Origin: Octopus vulgaris
Taxonomy: Eukaryota
Length of the DNA: 64,000 nucleotides
NCBI GenBank assembly: GCA_951406725.2
Contig: OX597840.1
Location: 4,712,001-4,776,000 of the forward strand
Reading direction: 5' to 3'
Positions 13,133-28,206 of the stretch are shown here, piece by piece; the first letter of the stretch is position 1, and each line of letters opens with the position of its first letter. A program made the position numbers and the translations under genes. The notes below the pieces were generated by a model. It saw only the letters and a list, made by a program, of their open reading frames with translations. It had not been told where the DNA came from and did no database searches.

Positions 13133-13580
13133 TTGTGTATACAAGTGCAGGCATAGCCGTACGGTTTAAGTAGCTCGTTTTGCAGCAATCTAGTTCGAAG
13201 TTCAATCCCAGGCGCCAACCAAACGCTTTGCCAGTGAATTTGCTTGACGAAAACTGTGTGGAAACGTGTAGTATATATACAGCGGAACCTACTTTTACGA
13301 ATGCATCGCTTCACGATTAAATCGATTTACGAACAATTTTTCAAACATAAAACATCTCGGGTAACGAACGGTGACTCGAGTAACGAACACGCAAGCGAGA
13401 AACAACGGTGGGCAAGTTGGGAATATCAGCGGAAGAGAGTCAGTTTGCTGTATCGCTTTCACCCAATCCACATCCCTGTTCGAATTTGCTGTGTCTTCTC
13501 TTGAATTTCCAATGGGAAAAATAGTCCCGGTTTACGAACTTTTTGGGAATGAATTTAATTCGGAAACTGAGGTATATCAG

Positions 13581-13644
<64 letters not shown>

Positions 13645-13653
13645 AACACACAG

Positions 13654-13699
<46 letters not shown>

Positions 13700-14236
13700 A
13701 CACAGACACACACACAGACACACACAGACACACACACACACACACACACACAGACACACAGACACAGACACACACAGACACACACACAGACACACACAGA
13801 CATACACACACACACAGACAGACAAACAGACAGACACACACACACAGACACACACACATACACACACATGTATATATAAGTGTGTGTGTGTGACGAAAGA
13901 GTTTTGGCAAAGTGTTAAAGCAGAAGTGAAGACCAATTATACAGTGCGTGTCTTTAAATGGCAAAATATGACCAACCCTAAGTATAACAATCCAGTGGAG
14001 TGGGGCACGGGTTCTACTTCGACCCCGCAAGCCCCGTGTCAACACCGTAACCTGTAGATAACCTTATGGATATACTATGCGGGTTCATCCATTCTCAACA
14101 TGCTCGCAACAGCCTTCCACTTTTTTTCCATATACATCAGGTGACAGGCATTTTCTCTCCACCATTATTTTCATTTTATTACGGAGATGTACTCGCATAG
14201 CAAGTGACCTGATCTGTGATCGTGTGCTGGAACGAA

Positions 14237-14439
14237 AACAATTGCAGCGTAGAAGGTGTTTGTAAGCCATTTAAGAAACACACAAAAGCCGTTTGATTCA
14301 CTTCAACATTTAAGTTTAATTTGTCAAAATATGTCAAAATAAAATATTTTGACAAATTAAACTTAAATGTTGAAGTGAATCGAACGGCTTTTGTGTGTTT
14401 CTTAAATGGCTTACAAACGCCTTCCACGCTGCAATTGTT
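14237..14439. repeat. Long palindrome (arms about 95 bp)
   Basis: aacaattgcagcgtagaagg... / ...ccttccacgctgcaattgtt. Confidence 0.9.
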
Positions 14440-14479
14440 GTCATTTTTAGGTGGAAAATGAGGAAATTGACCAGCCCAA

Positions 14480-14940
14480 GGCTGGAGATGAATGTACCTG
14501 TCACGATTTCTTTCCCGCAGGTCTTCCATATCGTTTCTTTCGCTATAGCGACAAAACGAGCCTTGCTTTCTTTGTTAAAAGATGAAGGGGGGAACAATCT
14601 TTACAATCGACTCGGAAGACAGTTGTACTCTTCCCAGTTGTACTCTTCGACGTAAACCCATCGCGTGCCGAACGGTTTCCCTGTCCTGCTCGCATCTTGG
14701 GCACATGGGTAAACAAGGAGTACCATGCCTAGAGAGTTTATCGTGAACTGGCATGGCCCCTCGGTAACACTACCAGGCCAGGGATTCTTGGAAGTTATCC
14801 AAGGGTCCTGGCCCGAATGTCCTTCGGAACAGGCATCTAGTTGACCATCATCGAAGCCTAGAGTCTTCCCCAGGTCGTCGTTACACTTAGCTTCTACCAA
14901 CCCTCTATAGAATGACAAGGTGGAACCTCCGCTACTGGCG
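14480..14940 (-). mobile_element. L1/Tx1-clade ORF2 fragment
   Basis: Contains FYRGLVE...LGKTLGFDD, similar to the fragment at 18490-18930. Confidence 0.65.
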
Positions 14941-14941
14941 T

Positions 14942-15412
<471 letters not shown>

Positions 15413-15637
15413 CACTGCCTGACGACATTCCACTTGCCAAGCACCCAACTTTGGTCTACACTTGATTCAAGGTCACCCAAAGGCCTAAAAAGCAAAAACC
15501 AAGCATAATTAATAGAACTGGTTCCTTCGACTAAAAACCGTTCCAAGCGGTGCTCCAGTATGGCTGCAGTCCAACGACTGAAACAGGCTACAATGATAAA
15601 ACGCTTGCCAGTCTATCTGCTTGCCTGTCTGCCTACA

Positions 15638-15674
<37 letters not shown>

Positions 15675-16008
15675 TTAATGGCTATCAGTTTATATATATT
15701 TGCTCTTCTGTTTATTTTTCTTATCTATGTTTACCTTTGCTTATTTGTGTCACTTATCACCTTTGCAATCTTTCGCTTTGACTCTCTTTTTTGTCTGTCT
15801 GCCGCTCTCCCAGTCTGTCTGCCTGTCTGTCTCAGCTCCCCCCCCACCTCATGCTTACGACTGTGTTTTCGTACAGTTTCGGCCTCTTATCTTTTTCTCT
15901 TTTACTTGTTTCAGTATTTTGACTACGGCCATGTTGGGGCACCACATTGAGGAATTTTAAGTCGAACGAACCGACACCAGTACTTATTATTTTTTTATGT
16001 AGGGTACG

Positions 16009-16540
<532 letters not shown>

Positions 16541-16670
16541 TTGAGTGAAAGAGTACTTATTTCATCGACAACACAGTTCTATATTTAAGAGATGAGGGAT
16601 TATTTACATTATTTACATTATTTACATTATTTACATTTGACGGATATTTGTCCTCATCTTGTTTGTTGTT

Positions 16671-16716
16671 AACACAACGTTTCGGCTGATATACCCTCCA
16701 GCCTTCATCAGGTGTT
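16671..16716 (-). ncRNA. Minimal type I hammerhead ribozyme motif
   Basis: Reads AACAC-CUGAUGA-A-GGCUG..CAGCC-GAAA-CG-UU-GUGUU. Stems I and II pair perfectly, and stem III is the palindrome ACGU. Confidence 0.75.
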
Positions 16717-18285
16717 TTGAGGGAAATTTCGAACCTGGGTTCTCATTCCTAATTCATCGGTTTCTTAGGCCAAACCACTAATTTACACACATACACACGC
16801 GCGCACGCACGCGCATACACACACATCTTTTACTTGTTTTAGTCATTAGACTGCAGTCATGCTGGGGCACTGCCTTCATGTGAGTGTAACGCCCTAACCA
16901 CCAGACCACGCGCCTTCATATATACATATATATCTTCAGTTATCAGACTGAGGCTTTGCTGGGTCCTGCTTTGAAGACATTTTGTTGAAGGAATCGACCC
17001 CAGCACTTATATTTTTCAAAACCTGGTACTTACTCTATCGATACCTTTTGCACTAAGTCACGGGGATGTAAACACATCAACAGCGATAGTCAAGCGGTGG
17101 GGGTAGGGCAAACACACACACAAAGTGAATTAATTCTCGCAAGTTTCATGCCTCTGCGCTCATCAGGCGAGAGAGAGAGAATTTTTCTGTTCGTTTGTTC
17201 TCATATATACAAGAGCTCTTTTGTGCATGGTCATCGTCTCCATCAATTCTCACTGATGTTATGTTCTATCGTTGTTGTTTTCTTTTGTCTATTTTCTTCG
17301 CTTATCATTTTACTAGTTAATTTCCAATGCTGTTTTTCAATGTAGCTATTATACGCTGCTTACGATTTCCTGATACTTGTTTCTACATTGTTGTTTGTAC
17401 AATGTTTTTATTGAATAGCCTTGCCGATTTTGATATTTGTCAGTTTGTTATTTTCGAGTTTTCTGCATTTGGTGTTCCGGTTCATTATCTTGATATCCCG
17501 TGGAGGCGCAATGGCCCAGTGGACTCGCGGTCGTAGGATCGCGGTTTCGATTCCCAGACCGGGTGTTGTGAGTGTTTATTGAGCGAAAACACCTAAAGCT
17601 TCAAGAGGCTCCAGCAGGGGATGGTGGTGATCCCTGCTGTACTCTTTCACCACAACTTTCTCTCACTCTTTACTTCCTGTTTCTGTTGTACCTGTATTTC
17701 AAGGGGCCGGCCTTGTCACTCTCTGTGTTACGCTGAATATCCCCGAGAACTACGTTAAGGGTACACGTGTCTGTGGAGTGCTCAGCCACTTACACGTTAA
17801 TTTCACGAGCAGGCTGTTCCGTTGATTCGGATCAACCGGAACCCTCATCGTCGTAACCGACGGAGTGCTTCCATCCATATCTTGATATCCTGTTTTTCTG
17901 GTTTCCGTTCCATTAATTTATAGTGTGCCATTTTATTTTCTTGTAGCTAGAATTATTTTTCTGAAACTGTTCCCTCTTTTCTCATCGTTTCTTTTTAGAT
18001 TATGGTGCACGAATAGTTAAATACGATATTTCTGCTATCTATATTATCTCGATTTTATTCGCTTGTTTCATATTCCGTTTCGCTTGTTAGAACTATTTTG
18101 CTGAAGCTGTTTACTCTTTTGTTGCTGTTCAGTGCTTACCAGTCGTCGGTCGGAAGTTTTCTCTCTTGTTCTTGCGGAAATGTTAATTTCTGACCTACCC
18201 CACTTTTTTTTTTCCAAGAAAAGAAAAGCTCTACTTTGTAATCTGTCCCGTCTGTGTGCAGCCCTGTGTGGCTAATAAAGAAACA

Positions 18286-18378
<93 letters not shown>

Positions 18379-18419
18379 GTCTGTCTGTCTGTCTGCCTGT
18401 CTGCCTGTCTGCCTGTCTG

Positions 18420-18487
<68 letters not shown>

Positions 18488-18489
18488 AG

Positions 18490-18930
18490 ACTGTGACATC
18501 TCAGGCTCTACGTAGATGACGGTGAACAGGTGTGGTCGCCGTTTGTGAGGCACGCTTTCCCGCAACTCGTCTGTATGACCGAACTGCAGTCGTGGATCAA
18601 AAAGAGGCCGAGGAAGGGCGAATGTCACCGCGAGTGTCGCGTTGCTCTCAAGCAACTATGCCGTCCCGGGTCGACCTTGAGTGACTTCAACACAACCCAA
18701 GCATTCTATAGGGGATTAGTGGAGGGGAGGTACGACGACGAGCTCGGGGCGAATCTGGACGTCGACGAGGAATACCTGACCCGCCTGTTCAGGACGACTT
18801 TCGGGCCAGGGCTCATGGACAACTTCCAGAGATCCCTGGCCTGGCAGTGCTACCGAGAAGCGCTACCCGTCCGGGATAAGCTCTACGGACACGGCTCAAG
18901 AAACGCGGAGCCGACCTGCCCGAGATGCGA
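18490..18930 (+). mobile_element. L1/Tx1-clade ORF2 fragment (zf-RVT region)
   Basis: Reads SLAWQCYREALPVRDKL...PTCPRC. Confidence 0.75.
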
Positions 18931-19377
18931 GTCTCCTGCTTTAATATTGGTTCATCAGAGACCTTGGATAGCAAGAGGTCAAGATGTTTCGAGGAAACAT
19001 CTACCTATATTGCTTGAAGATCTCTCAGATGTTTTGGCAAGGCGTTAGGTAGCTGTGGGGCCTTGAAACCCAAGCTATTGCAGTACATGGTCTTCAGTAT
19101 AGACGGGATAGCTGGGACCCCTTTGGAACAGTGAAGTGACGTCCAGTTCGGAGGCTCATATATATGTATATGTAATTTATATATATATATATATATATTC
19201 ATCGGATCAGAGCGATCTCAAGATTAATCAGCCGAAATTGCGAGGATGATCCGGTTCTTGACTGAAGATTAGAGGCTTCGAATGACCCATCCGTTTTTTG
19301 TGTCGTCTCTGTGAGTGTTTTGCGTTCTTGTCCCATTTTGTATTTTTATATATATTTTTTATACATACATATATATA

Positions 19378-19569
19378 TATCTGTAAAATAATATGTGACA
19401 ATTATTCGGTAGCCAAGATAAAACTCTGAGTTTCGGATGCTGAGGTGGAAATCCACAACACCATCTCTTCGGTTATCTGGATGGTGTTGTGGATTTCCAC
19501 CTCGGCATCCGAGACTCAGAGTTTTATCTTGGCTACCGAATAATTGTCACATGTATTATTTTACAGATA
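19378..19569. repeat. Long palindrome (arms about 88 bp, 14-nt loop)
   Basis: ...gtggaaatccacaacaccatc / gatggtgttgtggatttccac... Confidence 0.9.
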
Positions 19570-19653
19570 AATTTCCTCTATTTACATAATATTGAGGTCT
19601 CTTTCTTTCTTTTGTTATCTTACCGTTTTTACGAATATATATATATATATATA

Positions 19654-20006
19654 CTAGCAGTATCGCCCGGCGTTGCTCGGGTTTGTAAGGGAAATAACTA
19701 TAAAGCATTTTTAGAGAGTTATAGCCAAAAAATGGGAAAAAAATGATGGTAAAATTTTTTTAGTTAAAAAGGTCGAGTTGCGTCCCCATGACAGTCTGTG
19801 GTTTGTGTTTCTGATTCTCGACCCCATGTCGAATTTATCGATCTTTTTCAGAACTGGGGGAACTTTTCAAAATTTTCGCTGCGTTAGTTTTGAATTATGA
19901 CATTGGGCTATGTGTGTGTCAAGTTTCATCAAAATCGGTTGAAAGCCGTGGTCAGGGTGAGGGTACAACCTAACAGACACACAGAAACACACACAGACAA
20001 ACTGCC

Positions 20007-20012
<6 letters not shown>
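19654..20012 (-). mobile_element. Non-autonomous Helitron
   Basis: Reverse-complement CTAG plus a cccgagcaacgccggg hairpin. Shares modules with the copies at 21090 and 49146. Confidence 0.7.
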
Positions 20013-20094
<82 letters not shown>

Positions 20095-20226
20095 GGGAAG
20101 GTTTACGAAAATAAACAAAAGAAGAAGGCAGGTGGAGTACAAACAAACAATTGTATTAGTATGGCGCTTAGGAATAGAAATAGAACAAGTCTTTTACGTT
20201 TCGAGCACACGCTCTTCGACAGAAAG

Positions 20227-20280
<54 letters not shown>

Positions 20281-20324
20281 GGAATTTACAAAAAAAATTA
20301 TGTGTGTGTGTATGTGTGAGTGTG

Positions 20325-20390
<66 letters not shown>

Positions 20391-20656
20391 TGTGTGTGTA
20401 TACATACATATATATGTTTATGTGCGTACATATAAATGTATCTATATATATTTGTATGTAACTATACATTATTTGTGTGATGGTTGTCGCTATTTAAGAA
20501 TTATATACTTAACTTGATTACTTCTTTTCTGTTATAATTATCATTTTGCTTACTTTTTTCTATTTTCTTTACTATTAATATTACTACCACCGTCACCAAC
20601 CAACCAACCAACCGGTCATCAATGTCACAAAACTTCGTCTAAAAACACAAACACAG

Positions 20657-20832
20657 CTTCATTCGTCCAGCTCTCATCGGCCTCCCAAGAACAGATTCAA
20701 TGGGTGGAATCGTACAAACAGCTGAACACATCTACACGGCCCTCCTTCGAAATGGACAAAGCCTGGTTGACCATCAACAGCACCGTACACTTCGAGATTC
20801 AAATCTTTATGCAGACCACTGAGTGTTACAAA
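20657..20832 (+). CDS. HGSNAT: HGSNAT-like exon, start of luminal domain
   Basis: Reads SFVQLSSASQEQ...FEMDKAWLTINSTVHFEIQIFMQTTECYK, resembling human MDQALLLIHN...VYWKSECCYH as recalled. The gtaagt donor is at 20833 (phase 0). The acceptor is either cag at 20656 (phase 1) or cag at 20670 (phase 0). Confidence 0.8.
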
Positions 20833-21089
20833 GTAAGTTACTCCTTTTTCCATTTCTGGTAATTGTGACACAACCTCTGGAGGAGGCGGGGTTGATTTTA
20901 TAATTTAAGTAAATCTAGAACTTTTGTTGTATGCCATTTGATACACCTGTATTTGTCTATGTTGTACGAATGGATGCCACAGGTCACTCTGAGAAATGTC
21001 AGCCTACTTTGCTGTGTTTTTTTTTAATGTGTGTATGAAGGTACTGTACAATTTATAAATTCATGAATGCATATATATATATATATATA

Positions 21090-21390
21090 CTAGCAGTATC
21101 GCCCGGCGTTGCTCGGGTTTGTAAGGGAAATAACTATATAAGCATTTTTAGAGAGTTACTTCCCTTATATAAACAGAGCCAAAAATGCATTAAAAAAACG
21201 AAAAAATGATGGTAAATTTTTTTAAAAATCGTAGACTCATCGTAGACGCGCGCTAATACCCAGAAGGGCTCGATATGAATCACGACTATAAGATACCCGC
21301 TTTTGGTTAAACTGCACCGCAAAATGTGGGAGTAGTTAGGAATCTAAATCGGAGGAGACAGACTCTCACACAACTTCAGTTTTATATATA
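21090..21390 (-). mobile_element. Non-autonomous Helitron
   Basis: Same 3' terminus as the other copies; body similar to 25931-26324. Confidence 0.7.
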
Positions 21391-21667
21391 AATATATATA
21401 TATGAATAAATACGTATATGTTATTTTATTCCTTTACCTGTTTCAGTTATTTTGACTGCGGCCATGCTGGAGCATCGCCTTTAGTCGAGCAAATCGACCC
21501 CCAGGATTTATTCTTTGTAAGCCTAGTACTTACTCTACCGGCCTCTTTTTGCCGAACCGCTAAGTTATGGGGACGTAAATGCACCAGCATCGGTTTTCAA
21601 GCGATGTCGGGGAGACAAACACAGACACACAAACAAATACACACACATACACAACCTTATATAATAT

Positions 21668-21700
<33 letters not shown>

Positions 21701-21832
21701 CTCCAACACTCAAGTGCAAACAAGGGAGTCAGAGAAAGGCAGAATGCCACTTAAATCTGAACACTACTATAGAAATATTCTTTTAAAAAAACTTTTCTTC
21801 TAATTTTTCTAAATTTAATTATTTAATCGTTA

Positions 21833-21870
21833 CAGTTGAAAAGGTCTCAAAATGACCGAAACCGGTACTG
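21833..21870 (+). ncRNA. Hammerhead motif with U3-A8 core covariation
   Basis: Reads CAG-UUGAAAA-GGUC..GACC-GAAA-CCGG-UA-CUG. A second copy lies at about 52456-52492 on the minus strand. Confidence 0.55.
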
Positions 21871-21919
21871 AAATGTTCACTATAAAATTATTTTAGCATT
21901 TTCTATTTTTGACTTGTTT

Positions 21920-21973
<54 letters not shown>

Positions 21974-22465
21974 GACGGGCTTCTTTCAGTTTCCATCTGC
22001 CAAATCCACTCACAAGGTTTTTGGTCGGCCCGAAACTATATTAGAAGACGTTTGCCCAAGGTGCCACGCAGTGGACTGAACCGGAACCATGTGATTGGTA
22101 AGCAAGCTACTTACCACACAGCCACTCCTGCGTCTATATATATATGTATGTGAGGACACACGACTTCGGAGTTAAGGTGTTGCACTCACGAATGAGAGAT
22201 TGTAGTTACAATTCCTAGACCGGGTGGTACGTTGTGTTCTTGAGCAAAACACTTCACCTCACGTGACTCTGCAATCACTTCGACACCTGACGGGTGACAC
22301 ACCTTGCACCCGTTTAGACAACATCGATTTGATGGAGAGAGTGAGATAATGTGCGGCACGAACATTTGGTCACAATAAACAAATTATTTGTTCAGGTCGT
22401 TCGGCGAAGGGTGAACCCTCACATGTCGTCTTCGACCGGAGAGTCTGTCATATGTGTGTGTGTGT

Positions 22466-22504
<39 letters not shown>

Positions 22505-22648
22505 GTGTATGTGTGTGTGTGTGTACTTATTCTATCTGTCTCTTTTGCCGAACCGCTAAGTTATGAGAACGTAAATGCACCAGCATCGGTTTTCAAGTGA
22601 TGCCGGGGAGACAAACACAGACACACAAACATATACACACACACACAC

Positions 22649-22681
<33 letters not shown>

Positions 22682-22682
22682 C

Positions 22683-22752
<70 letters not shown>

Positions 22753-24342
22753 GACGGGCTTCTTCCAGTTTCCATCTACCAAATCCACTCACACCACTCA
22801 CAAAGCTTTGGTCGGCCCGAGGGCTATATTAGAAGACATCATTTGCGCAAGCTGCCACGCAGTTGAACTGAACCCAGAACCGTGTGTGTGTGTGTGTGTA
22901 TGTGTGTGTGTGTGTATGTGTGTGTGTGTGTGTGTGTGTTTCAAATGTACAAAAACAAAACACGGAAACAGGTAAGAGAACAACAAACAAGGTGTATTTG
23001 TTTGACGCTGAGGATGAAAGGAAAAGTCGTTGACGTTTCGAGCCTATGCTTTTCGGCAGGAAGGAATGAGGATATAAAACGGAGAATATATATAATGGAA
23101 TCTCCCATGAAGGCGTGTGGTTGAATGGTTAGGACATTCGGCTCTTGTTCTCATTGTGTTCTTGAGCAAGGCATTTTATTTCACATTTACTCCAGTCAAC
23201 TCAGTCAGCGAAAATGAGTTGTACCCACAATTCGAAGAACCAGCTTTGTTACATTTTGCGTCACGCCGAATCTCCTTGAGAATTGCGTTAAGGGAACACG
23301 TGTCTATGGAGTGCTCAGCTATTTGCACCGTAATTTCACGAACGGGCTGTTTCGACGGAGTGCCAAACATAATGGAATGATTTTATTGCTACCCACAAGG
23401 GGCGAACATAGAGGGGACAATACAATCGGGAAAAAATAAAATAATGAATTATGAAGTTTGTACAATGTGGTGTAATGCCCACTCGATCCCCGAAATCGAG
23501 CGGTTACATTTCGCCATTTTTTAATCGTCAACAATATTTTCCAAATAAAAAACATTTTACACATTTTCAACATACATTTCAAAAATTTTTACAAAGTTCA
23601 ACAGTTTTTCCAGAATTTAAAGTTCTTTTTATCATTTCCAATTGGATGGAAGCACTCCGTCGGTTACGACGATGAGGGTTCCGCTTGATCCGACCAACGG
23701 AACAGCCTGCTCGTGAAATTAACGTGTAAGTGGCTGAGCACTCCACAGACACGTGTACCCTTAACGTAGTTCTCGGGGATATTCAGCGTGTCACAGAGAG
23801 TGACAAGGCTGGCCTTGAAATACAGGTACAACAGAAACAGAAAGAAAGAGTGAGAGAAAGTTGTGGCGAAAGAGTACAGCAGGGATTACCACCATCCCTG
23901 CCGGAGCCTCGTGGAGCTTTCCAAATTAAAGTTTTCACAATACCTTTTCTTTTATATATACTCCATTATCTCTACCAAATCTTGGTAACTTTCCATCGTT
24001 CGTGGCCACCTTGTAAGTCGGCATTTCATAATGTCGGCCAAACATAATGGAATCACCCGTCAAAGCCGACATGAGTATTCAGGTTTTGCTGGACCACTTG
24101 CAAATACGATTTGTTTACAGTGGATCAGATGCATCTGTCGTACATTAGATCACGCCCTCTATGAAATCAGAAGCTGAAACGATCGCAGAGCAACGTGAAA
24201 GGGAAGCGTTTTTGCTCAATAACACAACGCGCGGCCTGGTCCGGAAATCGAAACAATGATTCACTGGTTGTGAGTGCAACACTCTACCAACTAGGCCACA
24301 TGCCTTTACACACACGCATGCTTGTATATATGTGTGTGTGTA

Positions 24343-24377
<35 letters not shown>

Positions 24378-24568
24378 TATATATTTTTTACTTGTTTCAG
24401 TCATTTCACTGCGGCCATGCTGGAGCACCGCCTTTAGTCGAGCAAATCGACCCCAGGACTTATTCTTTGTAAGCCCAGTACTTATTCTATCGGTCTCTTT
24501 TGCCGAACCGCTAAGTAACGGGGACGTAAACACAGACACAGAAACATACACACACAGACACACACGCA

Positions 24569-24618
<50 letters not shown>

Positions 24619-25930
24619 TACATATATGTGCATGTATATACTCTTTACTCTTTTACTTGTTTCAGTCATTTGACTGCGGCCATGCTGGAGCACCGCCTTT
24701 ATATATCTATGTATTTATGTATGTACGTATGTACATGCACATATATGCATGTATGTAAGTATCTATGCATGTACGAGCGCATGTATGTATGTATGCACGT
24801 ACGCATGTGTGTATCTATGTATGTGTATACGTACGCATGTATGTATGCATGTATGAATGCATGTATGTGTGTGTATGTATGTATGTATCTCTTATTATAA
24901 AAGGCAGATTTTATCTGCCTCCCTTTGTCTCTTATAGAAATCTACAATATAGGATTTCTTCAATTACAATTTACCTAGCATTTTTAAGAGTAGAATGCAT
25001 CGGGTCGTGCCAGGTCCAGTTTTTAAAATTTCAACCCCAATTAAGCAAAATTTAGAGAAAACTCACATTGTGGTGTGTGAGTCAAGTGCTTTTCTTAGTG
25101 TGGGCTATAGCACACACACACACACACACAAAAAAGGGAGCGATCTGATTCACTCACGCTATCACTCTAATTTCTACGACTTTCTCTTTGCAAGTTTGCA
25201 ACGATTAAAGTGAAACTATTTCGATAAAACGAGAGAAGTGTACCTTAAACCACTACTAAAGAAAAAACACAGCAAACAGAAACAAATAAATACATAACGA
25301 TTTACTCCTCACACAATTTCTTCAATTAGAGTTTACCCATGATTTTTCAAAGTACTTCCATTGGGTCATGCCATACAAAATTTCTTTCAATTTTACCCCC
25401 AATTAAGACAAAATTCGAGAAAACTCAATATTTTAACATTTCACTCCGAAAGCATTGATGTACATGTGTGCGTGCGTGAGTGTGTGTGTGTCATTCCTCA
25501 CACACACGCATACACATACATATATGACAGTGACAAACACAAACGTTTCAAACAACTACATACAAACACGTGTGTGTTTGTTATTAGTAAAAAAGGCGCC
25601 AAAACACAATTCACTTCTCATTCCAACACATTTGCAAAGACACACGGACGGTCGAATTGCTATAACAATACAGAAAAGGTAAATTGTTTTTTATTTTACT
25701 TTCTGTCGTTATATTTTGGTAGTATTAATTGGCGAGCCGAGCTTGCAGTATGAAACAGTGTTTATGTATAAACAGACGACACTTATATATAGTTATTAAT
25801 AAATGTATGCATCCGTTTAAAAGAAAAACCAAAAAATATTTTATTCTTTATAAATGTTGTGTTCAAAATAACATTTTCTTTTAAGAATGTGTATATAACA
25901 AAGTATGTGTATATAACTACGTGGCTTATA

Positions 25931-26324
25931 TCTTTATATATAAAAGTGAAGTTGTGTGTCTGTCTCCTACGATTTAGATTCCTAACTACTCCCACATTTT
26001 GCGGTGCAGTGTAACCAAAACCGGGTATCTTATAGTCGTGATTCATATCGAGCCCTTCTGGGTATTAGCGTGCGTCTACGATGAGTCTACGATTAAAAAA
26101 AAATTACCATCATATTTTTCCATTTTAATGCATTTTTTCGCTATTATATAAGGGAAGTAACTCTCTAAAAATATCTACGATGTGTCAACGATTTAAAAAA
26201 AAATTACCTTAATTTTTTTTCCATTTTTAATGCATTTTTTTGCTATTTTTTGGCTATAACTCTCTAAAAATGCTTTATAGTTATTTCCCTTACAAACACG
26301 AGCAACGCCGGGCGATACTGCTAG
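25931..26324 (+). mobile_element. Non-autonomous Helitron
   Basis: A|TC 5' end, a subterminal GC-rich hairpin (better paired in the other copies) and a CTAG|T 3' end. Confidence 0.75.
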
Positions 26325-26599
26325 TGTATGTATGAATGTATGTATGTATGTATGCATATATGTATGCATACACAGACATTTCAAATATAAACAGATACCA
26401 TCATGTTTTGAAACATTTCTGTTTAGGAACAAAATAATGTCCTTGATGCATTCAAATATTTAATCTGTTTCTTTAGTAGAGTTGTCTTGAGAATAAAGCA
26501 TCAACAAATTTCAAACATCGGGTAGGTCCGCACGAACACAAAACTGTGTTATTAGGACGTATCTGTTTACTTTTGATATGTGTGTGTAGCTAGACATGT

Positions 26600-26663
<64 letters not shown>

Positions 26664-26818
26664 GAAAAAAACAAAAGACGAAGACAGGTGGAGTACAAAC
26701 AAACAAATGTATTAGTATAACGCTCAGGAATAGAAAATGTCTTTTACGTTTCGAGCCTACGCTCTTCTACAGAAAGGTACACAGAAAAAACAAGGAGAGA
26801 AACAAGGAATATATATAG

Positions 26819-26870
<52 letters not shown>

Positions 26871-28065
26871 ATATTTCGGAATGGTCATATTGCCAGTTTA
26901 GCCAATAAAAACACACGCACTATATATTTGGTGTTATTTTGCTTCAGTGATATTTATTTTTTACATTAATCTTAATCTTATTTCGGCCAAAGTTCTTTCG
27001 TCACACTCCTGTGACCGCATCAGTGGTCCTTTGTTTTCTTCTCACTTACTTGTGTCTCTCCTTACTAACCGTCAGCCATTTTGTATTTCTATTGTATGTC
27101 TTCATTTGCGCATGCTTATATCTCTATGTGCGTCTATGTTTATTTAGTGTGTGGGGGGGGGATGTCTGTAATATTTGTATCTTCTGGTTATATACATTCT
27201 TGTAATTTGTATTTTGTTTTTGTTGTTGTTGCTTTTGTTCTAATTTTGTTCATGTGTTTACATCCACCCATTATTATCATTACATATGCTTGTATGTATG
27301 TATAACAACAATATTAGTAATAATAATAATAAATCTAATCGAGAAAAAAAAGCTCATCGATTCTGTACCAACACGCCGAACAAGAACACGGGGGATCAAT
27401 CAATAACATAGAGATTAAGATATTGTCCACACATAGAACAGATGCAACAATTAGACAAATTACAGAAGCTACACATATAATAGAAAATAAACCTAGCCTG
27501 AATAGAAAACTAGAATGGAGCAATAGCGCACACCACAACATATGACAATAGTGGATCCTGCAAACATAATAAATACACAGGTAATTAAAGAAATAGAAAT
27601 GAATATCTATATGTATGTATATGTGTATATATATGTATATGTATATGTGTATATGTGTGTGTATATATGTATATATATATATGTATATGTATATGTATGT
27701 ATATATATATATATGTATATGTATATTCTTTTTTTTTTTTTTTTTTTTTTTCTCGATTAGATTTATTATTATTATTACTAATATTGTTGTTATACATACA
27801 TACAAGCATATGTAATGATAATAATGGGTGGATGTAAACACATGAACAAAATTAGAACAAAAGCAACAACAACAAAAACAAAATACAAATTACAAGAATG
27901 TATATAACCAGAAGATACAAATATTACAGACATCCCCCCCCCACACACTAAATAAACATAGACGCACATAGAGATATAAGCATGCGCAAATGAAGACATA
28001 CAATAGAAATACAAAATGGCTGACGGTTAGTAAGGAGAGACACAAGTAAGTGAGAAGAAAACAAA

Positions 28066-28110
28066 GGACCACTGATGCGGTCACAGGAGTGTGACGAAAG
28101 AACTTTGGCC
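28066..28110 (+). ncRNA. Hammerhead-like motif in the PLE pseudo-LTR (variant core)
   Basis: Reads GGACCA-CUGAUGCG-GUCACA(ggag)UGUGAC-GAAA-GAAC-UU-UGGCC. Copies at 32665-32709+ and 26985-27029-. Confidence 0.5.
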
Positions 28111-28206
28111 GAAATAAGATTAAGATTAATGTAAAAAATAAATATCACTGAAGCAAAATAACACCAAATATATAGTGCGTGTGTTTTTATTGGCTAAACT
28201 GGCAAT

